Below are positions 37,183 through 50,869 of a stretch of DNA of 64,000 nt, in pieces. The notes under the pieces were generated by a model, which made no database searches, had not been told where the DNA came from, and was given only the letters and a program-made list of their open reading frames with translations. The position numbers and the translations under genes were made by a program. The DNA comes from Paragordius varius (taxonomy: Eukaryota > Animalia > Nematomorpha), in assembly GCA_964247055.1 (NCBI GenBank), contig OZ176050.1:3534001-3598000 (forward strand). Direction: 5' to 3'. Every line of letters starts with the position of its first letter. Position 1 is the stretch's first letter.

Positions 37183-40100
37183 ATGGTAAATATTTTGTAA
37201 AATTTTAGCATGGCATTAAAAAACAAATCGTTACCGGTGAGAAGCCATTAGAATCTGAAATAGATGTTAAAAAAGCCGAATCATATTATAAGAAAGTTTC
37301 CAGGATTAATGAAATCGTATAATAATTTTAAAATTTAGAAAAATGATTTTGGTTTTCAAAATGAGGTTTTACAACTCACTGAGGACATATTGTTAGACAA
37401 TCCTGATAATTATACTTTATGGAATATTAGAAAAAAGATTATACTTGAAAATTATAATAGGTATTTAACTTAAAACATTTCACATTTTAGTAAAGATAAT
37501 ATCAACTAATTATTACTTTAATGATAAATTTAAAATAATTTTAATGAATAATCAAACAAAATTTTGCACTAAAAGACATTTAAAATCCTTGATTTTCTAC
37601 ACAAAAAATATAATTTTGCTATTTATAAACATCTTTATCCCACAATTTTGCAAGAGCGAAAATACTAAAAAACTCAATGTTAAAGGAAGTAATCTTGCTA
37701 TATAAAATGACTTTTGTTTAGTAATAAGATCTGACATGAAATTGATATTGTGTATTTAAAAAACATATATTAAAAAAATTATAGATTTTTAGGTTTTTAA
37801 TATAAAACTTAAAAATGTAGTAATTTTAAATTTTTTGATTAAAATCAATTGAAAATCCTTATCATATATGCTTTATATACATTTCATTGAGTTTAGAGCA
37901 ATATGAAAAATTTACTTCTAACTAATTTTTTATTAAAAACTTAATTTTTTATAAAACTATTATATATCTTTCAGATTTATAAATTTAGATTTAACAAAAT
38001 AAATGCCAATTAATTTTTTTATTTTAACTTAATTTATAGTTCTGATGTACAAAAAAATACGCTCCCATCATTATTAGCTTCTGAATGTCAGCTGATTGAA
38101 AAATGTTTAATTGCAAACCCTAAATCTTATTCGTGTTGGCATCAAAGACAGTTTTGTTTAGCCCTTAAAGTTTTAACTTTAAGTGGTATTTTTTAATGTT
38201 TTTTTATTTTTATAATTTTTTAATATTTAGAATGTTTTAATATATTTTATAATACAGACTCTTATTATTCAAAATATTAGTTTTTCATATTTAAAAGGAT
38301 TTTAAACGTGTGATGAGGGAAAGTATATTGTATTTTAATGAATAAAAGTATTTGACATATAAAATATTGAGATGATTTAAGCCTTTTAATTCTTTTTAAT
38401 ATTAAAACAGCCAATTTTTATGCTAAAATAATTATTTTGTTTAGCCCTTAAAGTTTTTTCTTTATGCGGCAATAAACAGTGATCTTTGTTTAAATTTTTA
38501 TATTTTTTATAATATTTAATACAGCTGATTATATAAATTAGTTTTTTTAACCTATTTAAAACAGACGTTTGTAAATTTTTTTTTAAGTTAAGTTGATATT
38601 TTGGGTAAAAACGTTTTAAATAATTATTTTTACTAATTTTGCACTTATTTAAATTATTATAAATCACGTTATTTTTAATATTTGTAAAAAAAATTTGTTT
38701 TATTTTTTTGAACCTAATTAATTAATTTAAAAATTATAATTTGTTAAAACTAATTTTTTATATATTTATTTTAAGTTTTTACATAGTAATTTTTAAATTT
38801 TAATATATTTTGTGATTTTTATTATTTTTATTAACTTTTAATCTTAGAATATTTTTACAGATAATACAAAAGATATATCTGATATTTGGAATTGTGAATT
38901 GAAATTATGCACAAAATTTTTACGGTTCGACGCAAGGAATTGTGAGTTTTTTTATTAAAATAATTTAAAAATTATTTTAAAGTTATTTTCGCAAAATAGG
39001 TTTTTTAATTGGTAAATTTATTTATAATTATTACTTTTTTTTATTTTTAAATAATATTTAAAATTATATTAATAACATATTTTTTCAAAATAAGTTGTAA
39101 CTTTTTTAATTTAACTTTATTGGTTGAATTATTTATAATTGGTATTTTTATATTTAAAAAAACAATAACTATGAATTTTGATATAAATTAATAAATGAAT
39201 TTTATTATTTTCCTATATATTTTTATTAATTTAAATAAATTTATTTGTTTTAATTTTTTTGAATTTTTTTGTAGTTATATTAATAAAAATTTTTTTATTA
39301 TATATATATAAATATATTAAATATTTATTTTTAAATTTTAATTTTTTTATATATTTAAACGTTTTTTTATTTTTTAGTTCATTGTTGGGACCATCGACGT
39401 TTTGTTTTAGCAAATTTACTCAAATTGAAATATAACGTAAATATTAATGAAAATAATGTAACTATCAATGATAAAAATAAAACTATCAATGATGAAGATT
39501 ATTGGAAAAATGAATTAAAATTTACGGAAACTAAAATTTTAGAAAATTTTAGCAATTTTTCTGCTTGGCACCAAAGGATACATTGTATTCAAAATATTTT
39601 TCGCAGCCAAAACAAAGGTATTTCAGAATTCGAAAAAAAGTTTTTAGATGTTTTTAAATAATTTTTAGGTTTTTTTTATTTTTACTATTTTTAATAGTGT
39701 TTTTATATAAAGTTTTTTAGTGATATTTAGGTAAAATAAAAAATCTATATTGATACTCATTGTATTCAAAATATTTCGACTTACAGCAAAACTAAAGGTA
39801 GTTTAGATTTTATTTTATTTATAAAAAATATTATTTTCAGGTGTTTTGAAAAATGTTAAGGGTTTTAAGGCGATTTTAATATATTTTATAAATAATATAA
39901 TTTATAAAAGTTTCTAAGTGATTTTAGTTTTTAAGTAATTTTATAATTCAGCAAAATAAAGATATCATATATTAATTTTTAAATATATGGATTTTCAAGT
40001 GTTTTTTATATTTTTAAGGTTTTTATTTTTGAAAAAATATATCTGCGTTTTTATGCCTAATTTTATAATATATTTTAAGTTGATTTTTAAATAAATTTTC

Positions 40101-41117
40101 ACTTTTATAATTCTAACTTTTTAATCAATATAATGAGATACATTTTTATTTTACATTAGACACAAAATATATATGAAACGATTGAAAATGAATTATATAA
40201 TTTTATTTAACACGCAAGTTTTAATTAATTTTCGTATAATTTTTAAAAAAATCGAGTTTATTAGATTTTTTACATAAGTTAAATAAATTATTTAATAACT
40301 GTATATTAAAAATTTGAATTCTATTATCATATCTATTCTTATTTTTTTATTTGCCTCCCATAGAAACAATCACCATATATGAAACGATTGAAAAGGAATT
40401 ACAAAATTTTGTTGAAAATGCAATTTTTACTGAACCTCGAGACCAGAGCGCTTGGTTTTATTTGCATTGGCTTATTTTTGATTTGCCTTTTATTTCGTTG
40501 GAATCAAATAATAATTTATCAGTACAAGGGGATTCAGGATTTAAAAATAAAGGTTATATAATTATTTTGTAAGTTAGTTTTAAGTTATAGTTCTTTTAAA
40601 AAAAGTTAAGTTCTGTAATGTTTTACAATGCAAATTGCAATTATACGGACACAAAACGTAAAAATATAACCACCATATTATTTTTAAAAAAACCACACTT
40701 AAAACCTCAGTTTTTCCCATAGAAATTATTTAATTACAATTATATTATTTATTGAACTACCAATATACATCTTTCCATACTTTGCATTATAAAAATAATT
40801 AATATTTTAAAAAAGATCTCATCATTTAGAGAAAAATATTATCCTTTAAGTTTTACGTTTTTGTCCGTATACGTTCAATCATTTTTTACTGTATATATTA
40901 TAAATAAGGTTTTATAATTACACGTTGTTTTTATTATTCAACAAAACAATGTTTAGAATAGTATATAATTATTATTAATATACTATATGGTTTAAATATT
41001 TTACTTTTCTTTGAAATTACTTTTTGAAAATTAAATTTTTCGCTTATACGAATAATAATTTAATTTCGTTGCCTATATATATTTTACTAATAAATATACA
41101 AAATGAATAAAAATATT

Positions 41118-41153
<36 letters not shown>

Positions 41154-42724
41154 CTACCAGATACCATATGCAGCAAAGTTATTTTTTTCGCTTTTTACTG
41201 CTATTAGTCAATAATAATGCTCTTTCCTCTTTACGCTAAGAATATAATTACTAATACTGTATCTAAATTTTGTTTAAATAGTTTCCATTATAAAGTTAAA
41301 TTGTCTATATATAAAGCTGTTATTTTCAAAGCTTCTACATACTATCTGGCACAGTATATGATAAAAATTTGCAATAATATAATCTCTAATACTATGCTAT
41401 ATCAAGAAATCAATCGAGTCACAAATAGAAATGGAATATTTGGTTATGTTTCCAATGATTTTCCTTTTCCACGAAACAAAAATATTAATGTTCCACTTGA
41501 AACGTTTAATTCTAAAAATGATTTGAAGACAACCAATACTGAAAAGAATTATAATATTATCAATACTGCTGAAAACGCAGGAAAAAACCCTGTTTGGGAT
41601 TCTCGTAACATTAGTCAATTAAATCAGCATGAAATTAGTAGCTTGGACAGAACATCAGAACTTTTAAAGCTTCATAATGAAAACTCCAATACTTCAATCA
41701 ATTGTAATAATGGTAATCAAAATGTAGTCGAATACGTAGAAATTCGTAGAGAACCCATTGCCTATATACTTGTTCGATTTAGTCATATTAAAGTATTTAG
41801 CTTTTTTATTTAAAATTTTACATACAAACATAAAACTTTTATTTAATAAAAAACAATATTATCTTGATTTTTTTATATTAGTCATCGGTTTGTTTGCCAA
41901 AAAAGGAATAGAGATTGTATCAACACAATCAAATATATCTATAGATGATCGGTTGTATCAAAAATGTTTGTCTTTTTTACAAAATTTAAATTTAAGTTTT
42001 TACGCTTTGTCTGTATAATTATTTTTACTGTCTTTTAATTTAATATATTTATGTAATAATGGACATAAAGACCCCCTAATTTAGAAATAATATGGCTAAA
42101 TGTACGAATAAATCTTGACTTTTCTTCATAAATTTTATTTTTGATATTTGGCTCAGGATAGATATCTTTAAAACTTGGTATGAGGTAACGGGTCATTATA
42201 TGAGGTGAGTTACTATATTTAAGATTTAATTATTTTTTTTGTATTACATAGAATTTACGATATCTGGATCCTGAAGAATATGAGTTGGCTTTATGTAAAG
42301 AACAAACAGATACAACTAAAAGAAGAGATTTAGAAATGTCCATATATATAAAAATAAATGGACAAATATATTCTAGTCAATTATTGTGTCTTTTCCCCAT
42401 TGCAACCAATAATACCTGGGTGAGATTAATTTTTAATTAACCAGAACAAGCCAATAGCTTAGGCATGTTGATCCCTTTTTGTATATTATTTTCGTTTAGC
42501 ACAATCATATGCAGGAAAGGATAACCGTGTCTAATTTATTGTGAGTTCTTGGGTATTGGTACTATAACCCATTATTTTGTATTTTAATAACAGGCGTATG
42601 CGCGTCACATTTAAATCCATATTGTCCTTAAATATAATTTAATCATAATTCTTTTGTAAAAGATTTAATTTTATAACATGTTTTTGGCTTATATAGAATG
42701 GGAACTTTATCAAAAATTTTATTA

Positions 42725-42769
<45 letters not shown>

Positions 42770-45700
42770 TTATTCATCGATTTTCTTATTTTGAAAAAAT
42801 TTTAATTATATTTTTACTTACGTTTTATCTTATGGCATATTTAATAAATTTATAAACAATTAAAGTTTATAAGTGGTTTTTTTGTTTTTGGTTAACTTTC
42901 AAGTTTTAAGGATTTCTTAATTTTTTATAAAGGTTATTTCCTTTTGTTTTAGATAATTTTTTCCTTTTGTTTTAGATTATACGTAATTTAAATTTACAAC
43001 AAACCTGGACATCATTAGACCAAGAGAAACTTAAGTTTGAAATTTGCTTTAATAATAATAATTTGGATGACAAAATACCCCATTTTATTATTACAATGGA
43101 TATGGATAGTACAGAAAATTTAATCATTTATCCAACATTGAAAGAATTACTTTGCAATTTGCAAAACTCTGTTAAAAATGTTTTATTTCCACCGTAAGTT
43201 TATATTATTTTATATTAATTTAAAGAATCGAAAAAACATTCCCATGATTTATATTAGTTTAACTTAAATTATAATGTAAAAATTTCTCTATTCCTTATTC
43301 CGCATTACTAAGCGATTAGTTATCGTAAAAATTAAGGTAATGTTTAATTTCCTGGTCCCTATTCAAAAAAAGAAGTCATTCTTTTTATATATTTATATAC
43401 TTTATATTAATAAATATTTATATTGAACTATGTATGGTAAATCTAACAAAGGATATAAAAATAAAACACAGATATATTTTTTAAAAAGGCATAATTGAAA
43501 TTTTAATTTTCAAACATTATATATTCTATTTTAATTCAAATTTCAATATATAAATGAGTGTATTAACAATTTACATCTGATAGGTTTTCATAAAATCAAG
43601 GTTATAATGGATATTTCAAAAATTTTATTTGTCTCTAAATTAATTATTATTTTGTCGTAAAATAATTTTTACTATGCCCAATAACTTTAAGATATATAAA
43701 ACGAATTTTATTATGATTTAACATGTGAACCAAATATACAGTAAAAATTGAAATTATACACACCAAAATGTAAAAATAAAAAAAATTTTGTCTTTTGATT
43801 TTAAAAAAATTTTAATTATTACGTTTTGTCTGTGTTAATTTTTTATTGTAACATATTTATATAAAATAAGCTTTTCACAAATTTATAATGATTTAAATAT
43901 AATATAACATCAAATTTCATAGATTTTTAATTCTTTTAAATTCAGAAATACTATACTTTTTATTTTATTAGAACACCACAAAATGACCAATATGAGAAAT
44001 TATTGAAAAATGTCCTTTCAATGTGCCAACAATTGGACGCTATTGAACCAAATAACAAATGTACGTTAATTTATATTTTTTCAAAAAATTGGATTTTATA
44101 AAGTTTTTACAGTAGTGACCCTTAATGATTTTAAATATAGTTTTACACTTTGCTGTATATATATATGTAGAAATTTTATACTTAATTTTTATTTAATTTT
44201 TAAAAAATATTTTTTGGTTTTTAAATCTATACATCAAGATTGTTTTATATATTACCTAACTATAAAATCAAATAATATTAAATATTAATTTTTTAAAATT
44301 ATTAAAATTTTAAAAAATATGTTTTTTTAATATCTATTAAACAATATTTTTTAATTTTTTTTAATTCCAAATATTATTAACTTCAATACACATATCAATT
44401 TTTTATTTTTTTAAAATTTTTAATTTTTTAGGGTCAATGTTAACGCAAGTCTATTTACACGAACAAATATGGTTTAGATGTGGATTTCAACAAAAACTGC
44501 TACATATTCTAAATAATGATAATATAAATAAAAATGATAAAAATTGTTTTTTAGAACAAAATGATTTATCCCAATTTTTGGATACAATTTATGAATTTTG
44601 TCAGCAATTGTCAAATGTTGATGAATACAGAAAAAATTATTATTCACATCTGTGTAAGTTTATATGGTTAACAAATAACCATTTTTTTTATTCATAAATA
44701 TAATTAATTAATTTTTAAATATTTTCCAGTAAAACCAAAAATTAAGTAAACCATAACATTTTTATATAGGGCCGGCATTTTGCTTTTAATTTTTTTATTT
44801 AAACTTTGTTTTGTAACACAAATGGCTTCGCAGGCTGCATTCTCGTATCAAAAAAGCCAGCGGGCCGCAACCGAAATATTTTAGCATTAATAAATATTTT
44901 ATTAGATTTCAGACATAAAAATTTAAAAACACTGTATATTTAAGCATTTTTTGCTAGTGTATTGAAATTCGGAATAACTTTTTTAGAAAATTTATTTAAT
45001 AAAATGAATTTTATTCAAATTCCGTAGAAATTTTTTATTTAAAATCTCGCGGGCTGCATAAATATTTTGGAGGGCCGCATGCGGCCCATAGCCGCGTTTT
45101 GACCCCTAATTTAAAATTACTTATAAAACATTTTGGCTTTAAAACTAATTTATTTTATTTTAAAGTTAGTATTTTAATTATAATCAATAATATTTTCAGT
45201 AAAACAAACTTATTTCTTTTTATTTTTTTAAACTATAATATTTAGATTTTAATTAACTTAAACCAAAATCTCTTAGAAAGCCCAGATTTTGGCTCTGAAC
45301 TTAATTATTTTATTCCAACATTTTTCTACGAAATCCATATATTTATTTTAAATATTTTATCCTAAAAAAAGAATATTTTATTTTTATTACCTAAAAGTAG
45401 GTTTTTAAAATTAATATGTGAGGTTATATTTTATAGTCATTTCTAAACCAACAGTTTTTTGCTTTTAACATTACTCTTTCATTAATTAACACCTCCTTAT
45501 TTAACACCAAGAGTCTTTTATTTTAAAACAGGGGTGTTCAACACGCGCCTCTCCAAAATATATTCTTGCGGCCCGCAAACAACCTTAAACAATTCAAATT
45601 CACCCTAAAAATAAATTATGTGTTTTTGAATTAATATAACTCATTAATTATATAAAATATATCTTTATGGCATAATTTAATATTTTTTTAGTAATATTTT

Positions 45701-48700
45701 AATTTAATACAAAATTTTATTTTTTAAAAATATATAAAAATAAAGGCAATTTTTAATCTCAAAAAACACATAATTTATTTTTAGGGTGAATTTAAATTGA
45801 AAATAATATATATTTTCTAATAAATATTTCCGAATTTTAGCAATTAACTAGAAAAAATGTTAAAATAAATATAGTTGTTTTTACAGTGTTATATCTAAAA
45901 TTTAATAAAATATTTGTTGATGCCCTTAAATTTTCCGGTGGCCCGCCGGATTTTTTAATCCAAAAATGCGGCCCGCGAAGCCATTTATTTTGAACACCTC
46001 TGTTTTGAACCAATATTTTTTCTTAAAACAAAACTTTATAATATAAAATTCAATTACGCCTTCATAATTTAGATTTTATTTTAACATATTTTGCAACAAA
46101 ATTAATATTTACTTTATTTAAAATTAACGACAATTTTTGTTAAATAACTAACTATATTTTTTATATTAATATAAAAACAGTCATCCTCTTAATATATACT
46201 GTTTATGTCTTTTTTTCTGGTTTGAGAAAAAAAAGTTTCCCGTTATGAATCATATTACTTTTATATCTTAAGAGGTTTGCCTTGCTTTGGCTTTAAATAT
46301 AAATGAATTTTAAAAATATTTACATGCTGCATGAATTATATTATTTATTTATAACCAATTATAATACATAAATTTTTTATATAAAACTATTAATTATTCC
46401 TCTATAATAGTAACATCTTCCTTTATCAATATTCTTTCATATCCAACCAATATTTTTGTCTGTAACCCCAACATTTTTTTCCTTTGAATTTTATATATAT
46501 GTTTTAATTTAAAACAGCAAAACTATGATTTTAAATTAAAGACAATTTTTTATTTATAAATATAGAAAATTATTCAGAGCCGTCTAAGTTTTTTGGACTA
46601 TTATAGAGAAAATTTTTTAAATGATATATTATTTATAGATAAATATTAAGGTTCTGCCTTAAAATATTAATTTTCTTTTTTATGGTTATAAATTTTTACA
46701 TTGCAAGTTATGTAAAAAAACTATTTATCTTATGTACATAAATTATTTTATATTTTTTAGATTTAAAGATAAACAGTTTAGCTACAATTCTTCAATTGTT
46801 TTTGGAAGAATTAACTAATAAAAATAATTTGAATGATAACAAAATAAAGCCTCCATTAAAGCTTGTATTAAAATTAAAATCGCTTACACCTACTTACAAT
46901 ACAACTATCAATGATGAACAAATGTCTGTAAACTCTAATGAGGGATTAGAAATCAGCTGTTCTCTTTGGAATATTGTTATGTGTGTCAAAACAACTGGTA
47001 AATATTTTTTGTTTAAATATTTAAAGTATATTATAATTATTATATTAATATTTTTTATCATATAATATTTAAAAAACCATATTATTATTAAAAATTAAAA
47101 TTTATTTTATAATATATATAATATTTTTCCTACTTATAGATTTTGGAATTATTTGCAAAAAAGTGCTTCGATGGGTTCTCCCGAATATACAGGAATTAGA
47201 AATTATAAGCTCAAAAGATTCACCACTAAATATAACTGACTTTAGATTTTTGGATGGGTGTTTTAGGTTTTAATTCAAAAACTTATTTTAAAAAAATTTT
47301 TAATTTTTTTAATAATTCAAAAAATTTAAAGATAATTTAATAACATAAAAAATTATTAAATATTTCATTTTTATTTTTTTGGATATTTGATTTTTTATTT
47401 AATCAATTGTTGAAAAATAAGTAGAATGTGTGTAAAGAGTACTAATCTAAATTATAAAAATAAAACGTAGAATTAATAATCTTATAAAAATTACTAATAT
47501 TTTTTAGATCTATATACATTACTACATATTATTGTTTAGGGATGATATATGAAACAGAGATGTAATTAATATGTATCTTTTACCTTTTTTTAAATGTAAT
47601 AAAGCAGTTTAAGTATATAATTAGTTTAATAATAAAGTCTGATTGTCGTTTTAAAATAAATTATTTGTTAGCACAAATAAATTTGATTACTCGTAACATA
47701 TTTTTTAACCCTCCCAATTTAAGTTCTGTGTAATATTGACGATTTTTAAAAATTAATTAATTTTATATATTATATATATATATAGTCGATTAGTCACATT
47801 GATTGCGGATAATGTTGGAATAACTAATGTAGATGGCCTTGAAAGCTGCCCAAATTTAGAGCATTTATCTTTACAGAAAAATAGTAAGTAATTTTTACTG
47901 TTTTGAAACTAATTCACTATATATAACTCATTATTTTGGTTGCCGAATAAGGAATAGACATGTAAATTGTTTTTAATACACTTAAATAAATAATTAAATA
48001 GTTAGTTATGTTGTAAAAAATCAAGGTTTGAAAAAACATAGTTGATTATTTTATTTAAAGTATTTATTTTCTTTTAGTTTTCACGCGTTCTCTGTAAAAT
48101 TTCATGTTTTACTTGATTTACCATAATTTTTACTTAATATTATTTTGGTTAACGGACATTAAACTATATAATTAATGATTTTTTGATAATAAATTTTTAT
48201 TTTCTGGTACATTATTTGATTACCAATCTAATTATTTTAAAAAACTTGACTGATTTACTAAAATTTGAATTAGGAATATAATTATTTGTTGATTTTTTTT
48301 ATAAAAATTAAAATAAAAAATAATTTTTACCCAAATATTCAATATAATTTTAAGGCTTATCATTCAACAAATTAGCCTTTATGATTCGTAATATATATAT
48401 ATATATATATACGGACAAAACGTAATTTATAACACAAATTTTTAAAAGACAAACTTACTTTTGTTAATTAATATATTTTTTAAATATTAGTTTTTTGCTT
48501 AAACGTATTGTCTTATAATTTCTTTTTTATTCTAAATTTGACACATAAACTAATCATAAAAATTCTTTTATGCATTAGTATTTTTTTGACATTATTTTTT
48601 AATTGAAAAATTTGGGTTATTTTTCTTAATCCTTGGTGTACTTGATAAAAATATTTTTTCAAACAATTTTGAAATTTTAAATTGTATATAGATGTGTTTT

Positions 48701-49237
48701 GTGATACCTTTCTCAAGAAGCTCTCAAATTTTTTTTTATCAATATCTCAGTAAAAATTGAATAATTTAAACAGACAAAACCTAAAAACATTAAGTATTAT
48801 TTTGAACGTCACCCATATTTTTTTAGGGTCTTAATATTTCCTATATAAATTATTCAAAACAATCGTAATATATATATATATATATATTGTGCTTACATAT
48901 TTATTTTTACTTTATACTTTAAAACAATTTGTTATATAAAAAGATCCACGGTAGAAAAATAGAGCGATTTTGGCGGAGAAAAAATTATCTTTATATTTTA
49001 AATTTAGATATTAAACAAATTGATGCTTTGTCTAGCCTTAACAGATTGGGTAAAATTTTTTCTTCCAACCCAAATCGTCAAACCAACATATCAAATTTTG
49101 ATTGTTTAAATGTAAGTTATGCTAACTTGAAAACGCTAAACTTGTCTCAAAATCCTATATGTTATGATGTACATTATCCAGAGTTGCTTTATCAAAAATA
49201 TCCTTATCTCTTAGGCAAAATTATTGATGATGAATAA
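37183..49237 (+). CDS. RABGGTA: Rab geranylgeranyltransferase type-II alpha subunit (PFTA repeats, Ig-like region, LRRs)
   Basis: Exons 37183-37185, 37209-37316, 37339-37460, 38040-38185, 38861-38941, 39378-39617, 40364-40552, [41161-41990 boundaries uncertain], 42252-42419, 42976-43193, 43972-44060, 44432-44653, 46761-46997, 47140-47257, 47786-47883, 49008-49237. Motifs M|HG, NPDNYTLWNIR, NPKSYSCWHQR, DARNFHCWDHRRFV, NFSNFSAWHQR, FTEPRDQSAWFYLHWL, EPNNKW and LKTLNLSQNPIC. Confidence 0.93.
40646..40867. mobile_element. TA-flanked MITE (family V) in a RABGGTA intron
   Basis: TA|CGGACACAAAACGTAAAA...TTTTACGTTTTTGTCCG|TA. Confidence 0.65.
44815..45108. mobile_element. Partial hAT MITE, inverted relative of the 45529-46002 element
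   Basis: AAATGGCTTCGCAGGCTGCAT... matches the reverse complement of ~45890-45985; ends GGGCCGCATGCGGCCC...TTTGACCCCT. Confidence 0.6.
45529..46002. mobile_element. hAT (Buster-like) MITE with a nested inverted repeat
   Basis: TIRs CAGGGGTGTTCAA / TTGAACACCTCTG; flanks TTTTAAAA / TTTTGAAC (6 of 8 match). The inner inverted repeat AATTCACCCTAAAAATAAATTATGTGTTTT (~45596 / ~45765-45795) also occurs at 49332-49547. Confidence 0.7.
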
Positions 49238-49331
49238 ATTATTTAATTATACCTACCTGCTATTGTTGCATTATTGTAAAATCAATCAAATGCGTTTATA
49301 CATATAATATATATATACCATTTACAAATTA

Positions 49332-49547
49332 CCCTTGAACAATTCAAATTCACCCTAAAATAAATTATGTGTTTTAGGAGATTAAACATTGCTTGTAATT
49401 TTTTATATTTTAAAAAAATGATATTTCGTTTAAAATTAATATAATACTGAAAAAATAATAAACTAAGCCATATGAATATATTTCTTATTAATTATGAGTT
49501 TTATTAGCCCGAAAATACATAATTTATTTTTAGGGTTGTTCAAGGGT
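49332..49547. mobile_element. Small MITE just downstream of the RABGGTA stop codon
   Basis: CCCTTGAACAA...TTGTTCAAGGG ends plus the CCCTAAAATAAATTATGT inverted pair. TSD not clear. Confidence 0.5.
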
Positions 49548-50436
49548 GATTCGAATTTCAAATGGTATATAATATAATATTGAGATATACAGTAAAAATT
49601 AGAATTAGAGGGACAAAACGTAAAATAATAAAAATTTTTATAAAATATAACCACACTTTTTAAATAATAATTATTTTTCAATACAACTATATTGCAAAGT
49701 AATTAGACATGTTTAATGGTAACAAAATCAATTTTATAAATTTTACAATCGCATATACATAAGAATTAACGTTCTTAAAAAACGGTTTTTGAAAAAAAAC
49801 TTGTTTACGTTTTGTGTGAAATATTCTAAATTTTACTGTAATTTTTAAAGTTTAGTTAGCATTTTTACTCTAAAAAGAGTATTGTTGGCTAATAGCTATA
49901 AAAAACGGGAAAACTGATTTTAAGCCAATATTATTACTCTTTGATGGACATGCTATATATATAATTGAAAATTAGCATTATTTACTTTCTGCTATATTAT
50001 TTCTATTGCAATGTGCTTTAATGTAGAAAATAAAATATTTATAATTAAATATTTTTATCTGTTTAAATTTTGCCTTTCATGTAACTATTTCGGGGTTTGG
50101 AGTGATTGTGGTAAAATAGTCACCCGATAAATGAAATTATACGGAATAAAAAAGACAACATCTTTTTCGAAATTTGGGGAATGGAGAAGGTTTATAAAAG
50201 TATGGTTGCCTTTTAAAATTTGTCTTTTTGTGATTGGATAATTTTTTATCTGTTATTGGGAATGTTTATTATAAATTTGGTTTAATATTGTGTTTTTAAA
50301 TAAAAAAACGAAATTTGGCGGCGAAATGAAATTTTGAGTTGAAAATCAGCCTTGGGTACATGTGTCTATTTTTAATCTGTCTGTAAAATAATTTTTAATG
50401 TAATAATTTAAATAGAGATATAAAATAAAGTTAGGG

Positions 50437-50640
50437 CAGTGGTTTCCAAAAGGGGGACAATCATCAATATTTGTCATCTATATGGAAAAAATATTTTAAC
50501 GATTGCAGATACAATGATATCATTGATTATGATTTTCCAAATATAATTAATTTTGCATTTGTACTTTGTTTTTTTTGTGAAAGGGATGGGAGCGCAAAAA
50601 TTTCCAGTTAAGTGGGGCGTAGAAAAAAGGAACTTTTAGG
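50437..50640. mobile_element. Possible hAT MITE remnant
   Basis: Begins CAGTGGTTTCCAAA, a hAT-like end; the opposite TIR is not convincing. Confidence 0.3.
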
Positions 50641-50869
50641 GGATGTCCAGTTCGCTTTGTGGATTGGATATTTTATTACTATTTTAGTCTTAAGATTTTC
50701 ATTGCGAATAAGGCCCAAACTTCAAAAAGGAATTTATCCCAATAAAATAAAATTGTAAAGACAAAAAGAGATTAAAGGATTCGTACTTTATATTAACAAA
50801 AAAATAAATGACTGTTGAATCATGTACCTTTTCACTATCTGGTAATACATGATCCAATATTAACATTAA

